Shown here: positions 1 to 9,044 of the stretch, one piece after another | Layout of the letters: the number at the start of each line of letters is the position of its first letter | Position numbering within the stretch: position 1 is the first letter of the stretch | Assembly (NCBI RefSeq): GCF_000011125.1 | Contig: NC_000854.2 | Location: 1,170,001-1,202,000, forward strand | Direction: 5' to 3' | Source of the DNA: Aeropyrum pernix K1 | Lineage (GTDB): Archaea > Thermoproteota > Thermoprotei_A > Sulfolobales > Acidilobaceae | Length of the DNA: 32,000 nucleotides | Notes under the pieces: generated by a model | What the model saw: only the letters and a program-made list of their open reading frames with translations | What the model was told of the DNA's origin: nothing | Database searches by the model: none | Made by a program: the position numbers and the translations under genes

Positions 1-2317
1 CCCTGTTCCTCAACCCTCTCCTAATCCTCCTACCCCTCACCGCCTGCTGCCCTAACATTGCTGCCATCTGGCTTATATTAACGTCACTACCCCTAGCACC
101 TGTTCTGGCCATGACGAACACGTCGTTGAACGGGTCTAGATTGTTAGAAGCAACCTCCTGGACCCTCTTCCTTAGCTCATCTAAAACCTCCATAATCTTT
201 ATCTCAAGACTCTCCTCCAGGCTTCTACCGGGTATGGGCTCTAGAGTCCCCTTTCTATACTCTTCTATTATACTGTACACTCTCCCCTTGTACTCGCGTA
301 TTAGCTCCTCGATCTCCTGCTTCGCCCTATCTGGCAGGTCTATGTCGTGGAGAGATATCGTGAGGCCTCTTAGCTCGAGCATTCTTATGAACATCCTGTA
401 GAAACTGTCGAGAAGCTGTCTCGCCTTAGAGTTGCCGTACTCGAGCGCTATAATGTGGAGCAGATTATTGGGCTCCTCGGCACCTATAGCCTTCTTATCT
501 AGGACCCCCTCAAGGAGCTTCCCGTTGGTTATAACTATATAGCTGTCGTGCAGGCAGAGCTCGTCGCTGCATGCGAGGTCTCCCGCATTAGTCTTGCTCT
601 TACCCTTGAAGCTTAGGTCCTCAGGCAGGAATATGGAAGCCAGCTGCTTACCCGTCCAGAGGGGTTCAGGCTTTAGGATTGCGGGCTCAGGCAGATCGCC
701 CTTGTAGCCAGCCACGCTTAGGAGCCTCTCCACCTCCTCCTTAGTGAACAGCCTGGTCTTCACTGTTAGAAGGTAAGCTCCGCTTACATAATCTTGCCTA
801 CCACCTATTATTGGACCTCCATATCTAGGCGTTAGTATATGCTTCTCAACAAGCATTATCTCCCTTGCCTCGGCCTGCGCCTCCTCCAGCCTGGGTACGT
901 GAAGGTTCATCTCGTCACCGTCGAAGTCCGCATTGTATGGCGGGCACACGAGGAGGTTGAGCCTGAACGTCTTCCCCGGCATAACCCTCACTATGTGGCC
1001 CATAATAGACATTCTATGAAGGCTCGGCTGTCTGTTGAAGAGGACTATGTCGCCGTTTATCAGATGCCTCTCAACAACATCCCCCGGCTCTAGGCTCTCA
1101 GCCAGCTTCTCATAATCCTTGAAGAACCTCAGGTCGTACTTCTTCCTCTCGGAGGCCTTGTAAACAAACAGCGCGCCCGGCCACTTATCAGGCCCGTTGA
1201 GCACATACCTCCTCGCCTCCTCTAGGTTGTATGGGGTCACCCTCATGGCTATAGTCAGAGTCTTAGCTATCTCCTCTGGAACGCCGACCTCGTTGATGCT
1301 TATATACGGGTCAGGGCTTATCACAGTCCGGGCCGAATAGTTAACCCTCTTACCGGATAGGTTACCCCTAATCCTCCCGTCCTTCCCTTTAAGCCTTTGG
1401 GCTAGAGTCTTCAGATACCTCTTCCTCCTGTGTGTAAGTCTTCTAGCTCCCGGCAGCTCGTTGTCTATGTAGGCGGCAACCATTTCCTGTAGAACCATCC
1501 AGTTCTCCTCTATAAGCGTCTCCGGCGCGTTAGTAACTATGACGTTCCTAAGCTTCTCGTTCTGCCTCACTATCTCCGCTAGCGCATGTGTAAGATCATC
1601 TTCCGATCTTAGACCCGTCTCAAGCGTTATAGAAGGCCTGACGGCCAGGGGTGGCACTATGAGGACTGTGGCCACCATCCATTCGGGCCTAGACCTCTCG
1701 GGGTGGACGCCTAGTATCTCTATCTCGCTGCCAGTCTTCTCAAGCCTCTCACGTATCTCTGACGGTGTTAGTTTAACATCTCCTTCAGGCTTCTTCTCGT
1801 AGAAGTGGAAGGGTCTTATGTAAACCACTTTATACTGCGGCTTACCGCAGTGTGGACACTGGGTGGCCTGAGCAGCCTCTTTAACAACCATTGTGGCAAA
1901 CGTCTTAGCCAGCTGCGGCCACTTCCCCCTGAGCCTCCTGAAAATCAGCCTATAATACTTGATCTTCTCTTCGGGGAGGGTTATCCTGCCGCAAACTCTG
2001 CAGGTCGCCTGTAGAATCTTGTAGACGTAGTCGGTGTAATGGGGTATGAGCACCGGCCTTGCGAGCTCTATCTTGCCGAAGTGCCCTGGACACTCTTCCC
2101 TGCTGTTGCCACATACAGGGCATCTTTCACCCGGCTCTATGGCCCCGAAGTGTGGATCCCTCAACCCTCCTGAGACTGGGGTTCCATCAGCCTCGTACAG
2201 ATCACCCCTCACAACGGTGACCTTGGCCAGCTGCCTTATCTCATGGGGGCTTAAGACGCCAAAGAGTATCTTATCTAGAAGGTTTGTCTCGCGGAACTCC
2301 GAGAGCCTTAGAGACAT
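1..2317 (-). CDS. rpoA1: DNA-directed RNA polymerase subunit A' (RpoA1), 3' end truncated by the window edge
   Basis: Open minus-strand frame from ATG at 2317 (MSLRLSEFRETNLLDKILFGVLSPHEIRQLAKV...) to the window edge. It contains the Zn motif CPVCGNSREECPGHFG, GNLSGKRVNYSARTVISPDP and the Mg-binding catalytic motif YNADFDGDEMNLHVP. It lies immediately downstream of rpoB. Confidence 0.97.
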   Translation of the reverse strand, partial: MSLRLSEFRETNLLDKILFGVLSPHEIRQLAKVTVVRGDLYEADGTPVSGGLRDPHFGAIEPGERCPVCGNSREECPGHFGKIELARPVLIPHYTDYVYKILQATCRVCGRITLPEEKIKYYRLIFRRLRGKWPQLAKTFATMVVKEAAQATQCPHCGKPQYKVVYIRPFHFYEKKPEGDVKLTPSEIRERLEKTGSEIEILGVHPERSRPEWMVATVLIVPPLAVRPSITLETGLRSEDDLTHALAEIVRQNEKLRNVIVTNAPETLIEENWMVLQEMVAAYIDNELPGARRLTHRRKRYLKTLAQRLKGKDGRIRGNLSGKRVNYSARTVISPDPYISINEVGVPEEIAKTLTIAMRVTPYNLEEARRYVLNGPDKWPGALFVYKASERKKYDLRFFKDYEKLAESLEPGDVVERHLINGDIVLFNRQPSLHRMSIMGHIVRVMPGKTFRLNLLVCPPYNADFDGDEMNLHVPRLEEAQAEAREIMLVEKHILTPRYGGPIIGGRQDYVSGAYLLTVKTRLFTKEEVERLLSVAGYKGDLPEPAILKPEPLWTGKQLASIFLPEDLSFKGKSKTNAGDLACSDELCLHDSYIVITNGKLLEGVLDKKAIGAEEPNNLLHIIALEYGNSKARQLLDSFYRMFIRMLELRGLTISLHDIDLPDRAKQEIEELIREYKGRVYSIIEEYRKGTLEPIPGRSLEESLEIKIMEVLDELRKRVQEVASNNLDPFNDVFVMARTGARGSDVNISQMAAMLGQQAVRGRRIRRGLRNR

Positions 2318-2359
2318 AGCACCCAACACCCCCGAAATCCGAGAATTAAAATGGGGTAA

Positions 2360-5300
2360 TCATGTATAGTCGCCGACGACTTTTCTGATGACGGATATCT
2401 TGTCGGCTACCTTGAGTTCCGGCTTTATCATCATACTGGTTATCTCCTGCAGCAGCAGTTTGAACGCGTAGGGTACTTTGACAGGCCTGATGTCACCCTC
2501 CTCTCCATGTATGGGGCATTCGAGCACTTTCTTCCTCCTGTTAAACCACGCTATATTCCCACAAGTGTTACACACGTACATCACGTACGCGTCGCTGTTG
2601 TCCAGCATCCTGTCCCTAAGCAGCATGGAGGCTCCATGGCCCACCAAACAGTCCCTCTCCATCTCTCCGAACCTGAGGCCTCCCTGACGGGCCTTACCCT
2701 CGGTAGGCTGCCTAGTCAATAGATGCACCCTTCCAGTAGCCCTTGCGTGGATCTTGTCTGCAACCATGTGATAAAGTCTCTGATAGTATGCGACACCGAT
2801 TGTTATCGGTGCCTCTATAATCTGCCCTGTCCTACCGTCGTACATAACCTCCCTCGCGTTCGGATCGTAGCCCTCCTTCAACAGCTCTATCCTCAGTCCA
2901 TCTATATCCTCCTTAAAGAAGGGGGTGGCATCCACGAATCTGCCCTTAATAGCTCCGAGCTTTCCAGCGATCTCCTCTAGAAGCTGGCCGACAGTCATCC
3001 TAGAGGGTATGGCGTGCGGGTTAAGTATAACGTCGGGCTCTATACCCTCCTCCGTGTATGGCATGTCATACCTCGGGAATATCATGCCTATAACCCCCTT
3101 CTGCCCGTGCCTGCTGGCGAACTTGTCCCCTATCTCTGGTATCCTCAGGTTTCTAACCCTGACCTTCACTAGCTTATTCCTCTCGACTGTTGTGGATATG
3201 ACAACCATATCAACAACCCCCTTCTCACCCAGCCTCATCGGTATGCTTGTGTCACGCCTCCTAACGGTAGCCATCGATATAACCCTGCCTTCGCCGAGGA
3301 ACCTGGGCGGGCTTACCCTGCCTATCAGGATCTCGCCGCCCTCAACCTCGGTTTCGGGGGCTACTATTCCATCGGCCTCTAGCTTCGCGTATGCCGCTGC
3401 ACCCCTATAGTCGTAAACCTCGTCAGGCTTCGGCAGGGTTATCCTGTCTCTCTCGCCGCCGGGATACTCATTCTCTATTCCAGTGTATACACGGAAGAAG
3501 TAGGCCCTCGCCAGTCCCATGTCTATCGATCCCTTGTTGAATATCAGCGCGTCCTCAATGTTGTATCCCGTGTATGACATTATAGCGACTACCATATTCT
3601 GCCCGGCCGGCCTCTCGTTATAGCCCATTATGTCCAGCATCCTAGTCTGGACTATAGGTACCTGCGGGTACTGAAGCAGGTATGAGTGGCTGTCAAGCCT
3701 TATCCTATAGTTTAGAGCGTAGACACCGAGGGCCTGCTTAGCCATAGCAGCCTGGTAGGTGTTCCTCGGGCTCTGGTTGTGCTCCAGGTACCCAATGGTG
3801 GCTGCAGCGACACCAACTATCGCTGGCACCCATAGCTCCATGTGGGTATGCTCCTTAGTGACCTCCCAGGGCAGCTCAGCTATTAACGCGTTCTGCTCCT
3901 CCTCGGGGTCCAGCATCTCCACTACTCCCTGTTTAACGAGATCCCAGAACGTTATTTCGCCTCTCGACAGCTTCTCCACATGTTCCCTGGTAAGCTTAGG
4001 CTCCCCGTTCTCAACCACTACAACAGGCCTCATGAGCCTGCCGGAGTCGGTGTTTACGTAAAGCTCGTCTATCTCGCCCTCTCTCAGGTGATATACGCTA
4101 ACCTCCCAAGGCCTCTCAACCTCGAGCTTGTCACTCCTCCTAAGCTCCCTAATCTTCCTCGCAAGCTCAGCACCGTTAGGGTGATAGCCGAGAGGCCTCC
4201 CATTTATGAAAACCTTGGTACCCTTCAACATTATCTCCGGCGGCTCGCCCGCCTGTTTCGCCTCTTCCAGGATTCTCTCTAGAGGCGCCACTCCCAGGTC
4301 CTTAACGAGGATCTCCTCAACAACAGACTCATCCACACCGACAGATATGTAGGCTGAAAGTGCAAGGTTCTTCACAAGACCACAGTTTATGCCCTCAGGA
4401 GTCTCGAAGGGGCAGTAGCGCCCCCAGTGGGAGCCGTGGAGGTCTCTCGCCTCGAAGTGGGCCTGACCTCTGCTTAGAGGCGATATAACCCTCCTAAGAT
4501 GGCTGAGCAGGCTTATCCAGTTTGTCCTATCCAACTGCTGGCTTATACCAGTACGGTCCTGACCCCAGTTGCCAGTGGCTATGGCGCCCTTGAGCCTGTC
4601 ACTTATTATGGTTGGTCTGACGAGGAAGTCCAGCCTTATTTGCCTCCTCTCGGCCAGCTGCTCCTCGAGCTTCTGGGCCATAGTATTCGCCAGAGCCTCT
4701 AGGGATTCTCTGAATAGCTCTGCTATAAGATCGCCTGCCAGCCTCAGCCTCTTATTGCCGAGGAAGTCTTTATCATCCTCGCCCCTCTTACCTAGATACA
4801 GTTGTAGAACCCTGTTAGCCATCTCAGCCAGGAAGTACGCCTTCTTTATCCTGTCCTCAGGCCTGTTGCCAAGGTGGGGCAGCAGCTGCGTGTCCAGGAA
4901 CTCCTCTGCCCTTCTTATCCTAACATCCAGCGGCTGTCCCGGGGCTATCCTATTGCCCAGGTATTTGAGGGCGTCCTCTTTAGTGGGTGCGAGAGCCCTA
5001 CCCTTCTCAAGGCTGGGTAACATCTCCCTCTGCACATCCGGATCAGCGCTGACAGCAAGCATTATCTCCATATCCTTTTCCAACCCTAGGGCCCTTAGGA
5101 GAACCACAAGGGGTATCCTATACCTCAGCCTGCTTAGACTGGCCTCGAGTGTGCCGTCGCTCATCCTATCCACTATGGCTTGCCTCCTAAGTCCTAGAAC
5201 TGTTGAGACTGCCTTAGCGGTATGCGTAATTCTGGCGGTAGCTGCTGTGCTCTTGTTAACTATAATCCTGTTTACCGCTAGATCCTCCTGGGCAACTATG

Positions 5301-5869
5301 ACTTTTTCGCTCCCGTTTATTATGAAGTAGCCGCCGGGATCTCCGGGGTCCTCACCCATCTCTATAACAGTTTCCTCATCGTACTTGGATAGAGGGTCTA
5401 GAACGCTCTTCACCATAACCGGGAAGTCGGCTATCTTAACCTCACGTGTCTTCTCTATCATGTTATCCTGCACTATAGTCATCTCCACCATCAGAGGTGC
5501 AGAGTAGGTTATCCCCCTCACACGGCACTCGAAGGGTGTGACACGCCTGTCGAAACTCTCTATGACCTCCCTTGCCATAGGCTCCTTAAACCTAGCCTTC
5601 CCAAATACAATCTTCACGTCGGGAAGATGAATCTCGTGCTCCTCAAACCTTCCACGCCTATACCTCCTTCTACCCGCATAGATCCTCCACTGCGGCCTGA
5701 CCTCCCTAATACTGTCGATTATCTTCTGTATCTCCTGCGTAACAAGCCTGTTGAAAGAGTCTAGATGCTGCCTAGCAAGGCCGGTTTCCCTGATAAACGA
5801 CTTATACACCGTCCAAAGCTCGTCCACACCTATTTCTCCGCTACGCTGACCTCCCCCCTTGTTAGACAC
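2360..5869 (-). CDS. rpoB: DNA-directed RNA polymerase subunit B, unsplit (1169 aa)
   Basis: Full-length ORF with RNAP B motifs (SQFLDRTNWIS-like, RDLHGSHWGRYCPFETPEGINCGLVKNLAL, GYNIEDALIFNKGSIDMGLARAYFFR, GDKFASRHGQKGVIG, GGLRFGEMERDCLVGHG). Apparent GTG start at 5869. Confidence 0.98.
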   Translation of the reverse strand: MSNKGGGQRSGEIGVDELWTVYKSFIRETGLARQHLDSFNRLVTQEIQKIIDSIREVRPQWRIYAGRRRYRRGRFEEHEIHLPDVKIVFGKARFKEPMAREVIESFDRRVTPFECRVRGITYSAPLMVEMTIVQDNMIEKTREVKIADFPVMVKSVLDPLSKYDEETVIEMGEDPGDPGGYFIINGSEKVIVAQEDLAVNRIIVNKSTAATARITHTAKAVSTVLGLRRQAIVDRMSDGTLEASLSRLRYRIPLVVLLRALGLEKDMEIMLAVSADPDVQREMLPSLEKGRALAPTKEDALKYLGNRIAPGQPLDVRIRRAEEFLDTQLLPHLGNRPEDRIKKAYFLAEMANRVLQLYLGKRGEDDKDFLGNKRLRLAGDLIAELFRESLEALANTMAQKLEEQLAERRQIRLDFLVRPTIISDRLKGAIATGNWGQDRTGISQQLDRTNWISLLSHLRRVISPLSRGQAHFEARDLHGSHWGRYCPFETPEGINCGLVKNLALSAYISVGVDESVVEEILVKDLGVAPLERILEEAKQAGEPPEIMLKGTKVFINGRPLGYHPNGAELARKIRELRRSDKLEVERPWEVSVYHLREGEIDELYVNTDSGRLMRPVVVVENGEPKLTREHVEKLSRGEITFWDLVKQGVVEMLDPEEEQNALIAELPWEVTKEHTHMELWVPAIVGVAAATIGYLEHNQSPRNTYQAAMAKQALGVYALNYRIRLDSHSYLLQYPQVPIVQTRMLDIMGYNERPAGQNMVVAIMSYTGYNIEDALIFNKGSIDMGLARAYFFRVYTGIENEYPGGERDRITLPKPDEVYDYRGAAAYAKLEADGIVAPETEVEGGEILIGRVSPPRFLGEGRVISMATVRRRDTSIPMRLGEKGVVDMVVISTTVERNKLVKVRVRNLRIPEIGDKFASRHGQKGVIGMIFPRYDMPYTEEGIEPDVILNPHAIPSRMTVGQLLEEIAGKLGAIKGRFVDATPFFKEDIDGLRIELLKEGYDPNAREVMYDGRTGQIIEAPITIGVAYYQRLYHMVADKIHARATGRVHLLTRQPTEGKARQGGLRFGEMERDCLVGHGASMLLRDRMLDNSDAYVMYVCNTCGNIAWFNRRKKVLECPIHGEEGDIRPVKVPYAFKLLLQEITSMMIKPELKVADKISVIRKVVGDYT

Positions 5870-5870
5870 A

Positions 5871-6143
5871 CTACTTCACCCCCTTCTGGTAGGCCACTAC
5901 AAACCTATAGTACTTCGCCTCGCCAGCCGTGTAGCTGCGCCTAGTTATCTCGATAATATCCCCCGGCTTAGCCTTCAGAAGACGAGCTATAGGATCGTTC
6001 ACGCTAATCTTCGGCAGCTGCCAAGGCTTAATTCCTAGCATCTTCAAAACCTGGACTGCCTCCTCAATAGAGAGGAGTCTATGCTCAGGAACATACTCAT
6101 GCTCCAGGATAACCCTACTAGACTTACGAGTCTTAGAGGACAC
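5871..6143 (-). CDS. rpoH: DNA-directed RNA polymerase subunit H
   Basis: RpoH/Rpb5 C-terminal signature (VPEHRLLSIEEAVQVLKMLGIKPWQLPKISVNDPIARLLKAKPGDIIEITRRSYTAGEAKYYRFVV), ending 1 nt from the rpoB start. The exact start is uncertain. Confidence 0.95.
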   Translation of the reverse strand: MSSKTRKSSRVILEHEYVPEHRLLSIEEAVQVLKMLGIKPWQLPKISVNDPIARLLKAKPGDIIEITRRSYTAGEAKYYRFVVAYQKGVK

Positions 6144-6266
6144 CTAGGGAGACCCCCCACTACCCACAACACACATTCTATCCAGGCCTAATTAACTTCA
6201 AACACCGGAATACCCCCGCATGCTTAAAGCCCTGCGTCAAAAATAACCTTATGAGAGGCCGGGAGT

Positions 6267-6379
6267 GGGCCCGTAGCTCAGCCCGGCAGAGCGGCGGGCT
6301 TTTAACCCGTAGAGGGGAGTTGAGGGGCCTCGTCCTGGCCCCGCGGAAGTCCCGGGTTCAAATCCCGGCGGGCCCGCCA
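6267..6379 (+). tRNA. tRNA-Lys(UUU), CCA encoded, with a 36-nt intron at 6313-6348 in the variable loop (position 45/46)
   Basis: Acceptor GGGCCCG/CGGGCCC; D arm GCTC-AGCCCGGCA-GAGC; anticodon arm GCGGG-CTTTTAA-CCCGT (G-U closing pair); T arm CCGGG-TTCAAAT-CCCGG; GCCA end. Gene is 113 nt and the predicted mature form 77 nt with variable loop AGGTC. BHB-like motif: CCGU(6307-6310)/GCGG(6343-6346) helix, bulges AGA (6311-6313) and AAG (6347-6349), inner helix GGGG(6314-6317)/CCCC(6339-6342). Confidence 0.9.
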
Positions 6380-6384
6380 CAACA

Positions 6385-6402
6385 GCCCCCGCCCAAGGGG
6401 GC
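6385..6402. terminator. Perfect 6-bp GC stem-loop just downstream of tRNA-Lys; possible 3' structure
   Basis: GCCCCC-GCCCAA-GGGGGC starting 6 nt after the encoded CCA. No U tract, so a terminator role is tentative. Confidence 0.3.
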
Positions 6403-6681
6403 CGAGCATAGGGCTCCTCTATCCTCATTGTCGTCCAAAGTTAGCGCGCACAACACTCCATACTATCCTAGCTATAGCTAATGGCTATCTAGCTGCTCAG
6501 GCCTTCTCGCCGCCTGATTGCCTGCACCCTGTATTAACACATGTTGACAGCACGCCTCTAGAAGCCAGCTCGCCTAGGGGTGTGGCTAGCTCGAGAGGGT
6601 AAACAGTAATACCTCCGCTCTCTATACATCTAGTCGAGGAGGCTATACAGGCCAGAGTTAGCCGTTTCCAACAGAGTATGC

Positions 6682-7470
6682 ATGGGGATAAGGTTGACAG
6701 GTTCTGCTGTGAAGCTAATGTCCCTGATAGATGGCAGCGGCCTGTTTATAGTCGAGGGAACACCCATACTCTATCATAAACCCTCCTCAACAATATTATT
6801 CTCTGATTTACATCTCGGGTACGAGCAGGCTATGGCCGAGGCAGGAGTCTTTCTCCCTCGCGTTCAGCTACGAAGAGCTATCTTGACTCTAGATAGGGTT
6901 GTGATGGGACTCAAGCCTAAAAAGGCTGTTATTGTCGGCGACATAAAACATGCGTTCGACAGGCTTTTGAAGCAGGAGGCCCTAGAAACCGCCAAGCTCT
7001 TGGAATGGTTATCAAGCAGAGGTGTTGACAAGGTTATTGTAATTAGGGGAAACCACGATAATTACATACCAGGTGTCGTAACTAAGAGTGGAGGGGAGTT
7101 CGTCGAGGATTATCTTGATGTTGATAAAGGGATCGTGGCTGTTCACGGCCACAAGAAGGCAGAGTTTGACGCCGATATTATTATAATAGGGCACGAACAC
7201 CCAGCTATCAAGATAAACGTTGCCGGTAGCAGGGTCAAATACCCGGCCTTTCTGATAGTACCCAGAGAGGATGGTGGAACTATAGTGGTGCTACCCGCCC
7301 TTGGTGTTTACCAGACAGGTAACCCCGTAACCCTTGATAGAAGCCTATACCTCTCGCCATATATTAGAGAGGAGGGTGTCGTGGAGGAGGCAGTTCCTAT
7401 AATTATAGATGAGAGTGTAGGCTCTCTAAAACTACCGCCTCTCAGAGAACTTGATAAAATATTGGGATAG
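6682..7470 (+). CDS. Calcineurin-like metallophosphoesterase (COG1407/ICC-like family)
   Basis: Metallophosphoesterase motifs: DLHLGYEQ, VIVGDIKH, VIRGNHDNY, VHGHKKA, IIGHEHPAI. Confidence 0.85.
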   Translation: MGIRLTGSAVKLMSLIDGSGLFIVEGTPILYHKPSSTILFSDLHLGYEQAMAEAGVFLPRVQLRRAILTLDRVVMGLKPKKAVIVGDIKHAFDRLLKQEALETAKLLEWLSSRGVDKVIVIRGNHDNYIPGVVTKSGGEFVEDYLDVDKGIVAVHGHKKAEFDADIIIIGHEHPAIKINVAGSRVKYPAFLIVPREDGGTIVVLPALGVYQTGNPVTLDRSLYLSPYIREEGVVEEAVPIIIDESVGSLKLPPLRELDKILG

Positions 7471-7551
7471 TGTATGGCTTAGCGTTCAGCGCTCAGCCCT
7501 GCTCATCACGCTCCATCTCAAAACAGCTTTCAGCAATCCCAGCCTTACTCA

Positions 7552-8172
7552 TCACTCCGCGATTCCTATAATGGCGTCTGCTTCCTTAAGCTTTCTGGCA
7601 ACTTTCTTAACAGCATCATAAACTTCGTTCTCCATCTTGGCGCCTGTGATAACCATCTTACCGCTGCTAAATATCAGCATGACAACCCTAGGCTCGTCCA
7701 TGCGGTATATAAGGCCGGGGAACTGTTCCGGCTCATATAGGCTGTTCTCGAACTCGAGTGCGGCCTTTTCAAGATCTATATAGACCTTGAGGTTTGCCGA
7801 CGCAACTATATTTTGTATCTGTATCTGGGGCTTACCGCTTATAGGTATACCCTGGTCGGCGAACGCTTTCAACAGTTTCTTAACAACATGTATAAGCTGG
7901 TTTATGCTTTTAGCACCTGTAATAACCATCTTACCGGACTTAAATATCAGAACTGTAACCCTCGGGCTCTCCAGCCTGTAAACAAGGCCTGGAAACTGGT
8001 CTGGGTTATAGTCCACATCCTGTATCTTAGTCTCAATCAGGTTCAGATCGAGCTGGTTCTCCAGGATAACCGTGGCAACTATATTCTCAATCTTAACTTC
8101 AGGCTTGGGAAGGCCTTCAACACCAGTGTCTATCTCTTTAACAAAGCTTATTTCCTCAGACACCACAGCCAC
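7552..8172 (-). CDS. tbp: TATA-box binding protein (TBP); the ORF is open to 8220 but a GTG start near 8172 is more likely
   Basis: Two imperfect repeats: [66 protein letters not shown] and [65 protein letters not shown]. Confidence 0.97.
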   Translation of the reverse strand: MAVVSEEISFVKEIDTGVEGLPKPEVKIENIVATVILENQLDLNLIETKIQDVDYNPDQFPGLVYRLESPRVTVLIFKSGKMVITGAKSINQLIHVVKKLLKAFADQGIPISGKPQIQIQNIVASANLKVYIDLEKAALEFENSLYEPEQFPGLIYRMDEPRVVMLIFSSGKMVITGAKMENEVYDAVKKVARKLKEADAIIGIAE

Positions 8173-8317
8173 ACCTCCTACCTGGCAACCTTTAAATCCT
8201 TTTAAAAGGGTTATTAGCATGCTTTATAAAGGGTTTGAATGCTGAACTATCAATACACTAGATAACGTGGGGATGACGAGGCGGGCAGCCTTTGAGGACG
8301 AAGTGACTGGCCTAGTC

Positions 8318-8791
8318 TCACTCCGACCCCCTGCACTTCCACACGATCCTGCCGTTAACGTACACAGCGCCTCCTCCCCTACGCTTGAGCTTCTCGAGAA
8401 TCCGCCTAGCCCTAGCTCTATCGGGGCTTCCAGAATACGCGAGCCTCCTGTCCACAGGCTTCCCCGGGCCTACTAGACCCTCAATAGCTACAATAGTCAC
8501 GGGAGCCCGAGCCTCACACATCTCTCTAGCCACACGAACAAGATCATCCTCCACCTCCTCAGGCTTAGTCAGGGGGATCTCGATCACAGCCTCCTCTGTA
8601 CCCCTCTCTCTATCCAGGCCGTAAACAACGATAGCCCTCCACGAAACCGCGAGTTCCTCGACAAGGTTTGTTAGAAGAGCCGTGAACCGGTTAGGCCTAT
8701 AGGGGTCCAACCCCAACATTCTCGTTTTCTCCTCAAACCTGTCAATATCGATGACGACGATTGTGCCCTCGACCATAGTAGCACTCGACAT
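8318..8791 (-). CDS. Conserved-looking hypothetical protein; likely start at or inside Met 8791 because the longer ORF runs into tRNA-Leu
   Basis: Continuous ORF after the tRNA (MSSATMVEGTIVVIDIDRFEEKTRMLGLDPYRPNRFTALLTNLVEELAVSWRAIVVYGLDRERGTEE...), with compositionally plausible alpha/beta protein sequence. Confidence 0.6.
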   Translation of the reverse strand: MSSATMVEGTIVVIDIDRFEEKTRMLGLDPYRPNRFTALLTNLVEELAVSWRAIVVYGLDRERGTEEAVIEIPLTKPEEVEDDLVRVAREMCEARAPVTIVAIEGLVGPGKPVDRRLAYSGSPDRARARRILEKLKRRGGGAVYVNGRIVWKCRGSE

Positions 8792-8841
8792 TACATAACC
8801 ACCAAAAGACAGGATGGGGCTCCTAGACGCTGGCAGTATTA

Positions 8842-8929
8842 TGGTGCGGGGGGTGGGATTTGAACCCACGCAGGCCTACGCCATCGGGTCCTCAGCCCGA
8901 CCCCTTTGGCCAGGCTCGGGCACCCCCGC
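8842..8929 (-). tRNA. tRNA-Leu(GAG), CCA encoded, no intron
   Basis: Minus-strand sequence GCGGGGGTGCCCGAGCCTGGCCAAAGGGGTCGGGCTGAGGACCCGATGGCGTAGGCCTGCGTGGGTTCAAATCCCACCCCCCGCACCA. It has anticodon loop CTGAGGA, a long variable arm, and acceptor GCGGGGG/CCCCCGC. Confidence 0.93.
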
Positions 8930-9044
8930 ACCGTGTAGAGTAAACAGGTATTTTAGGGGCTATAAAGTGTTAGCTCGAGCCCACGGCAGCGACGCTATGG
9001 ATAGGGTGCAGCGCTAAAGGGGGGCAAGTTATACTTCTATAATA

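Noticed and set aside
111-2369. Several plus-strand and minus-frame ORFs (e.g. 111-401, 839-1093, 1539-1802, 1805-2014, 2046-2369)
   Set aside because: They lie antisense to the uninterrupted rpoA1 frame with conserved RNAP motifs, and their translations look like low-complexity Ser/Leu-rich antisense products.
2478-5330. ORFs antisense to rpoB, including the 253-aa ORF 4569-5330
   Set aside because: Typical spurious ORFs opposite a highly conserved gene in a GC-rich genome. Ser/Leu/Arg-rich with no recognisable domain.
6305-6340. Canonical 37/38 intron in tRNA-Lys
   Set aside because: Splicing at 37/38 with 36 nt removed leaves CGCGG opposite GCGGG (unpaired 27-43). Using CCCGC requires a 7-nt variable loop. 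The 45/46 BHB model fits better.
6251-6481. 76-aa plus-strand ORF
   Set aside because: Covers the tRNA-Lys gene; the translation (GRRAGSRVQIPAGPP) is the tRNA read through.
7787-8205. Plus-strand ORFs 7787-7981 and 7813-8205
   Set aside because: Antisense to the well-supported TBP gene.
8229-8317. Possible C/D-box sRNA (GGATGACGA... / GTGACTGG)
   Set aside because: Box sequences deviate from RUGAUGA/CUGA and there is no C'/D' pair, so it is not supportable.
8814-9017. 67-aa plus-strand ORF
   Set aside because: Overlaps tRNA-Leu antisense (VRGVGFEPTQAYA... is the tRNA complement).
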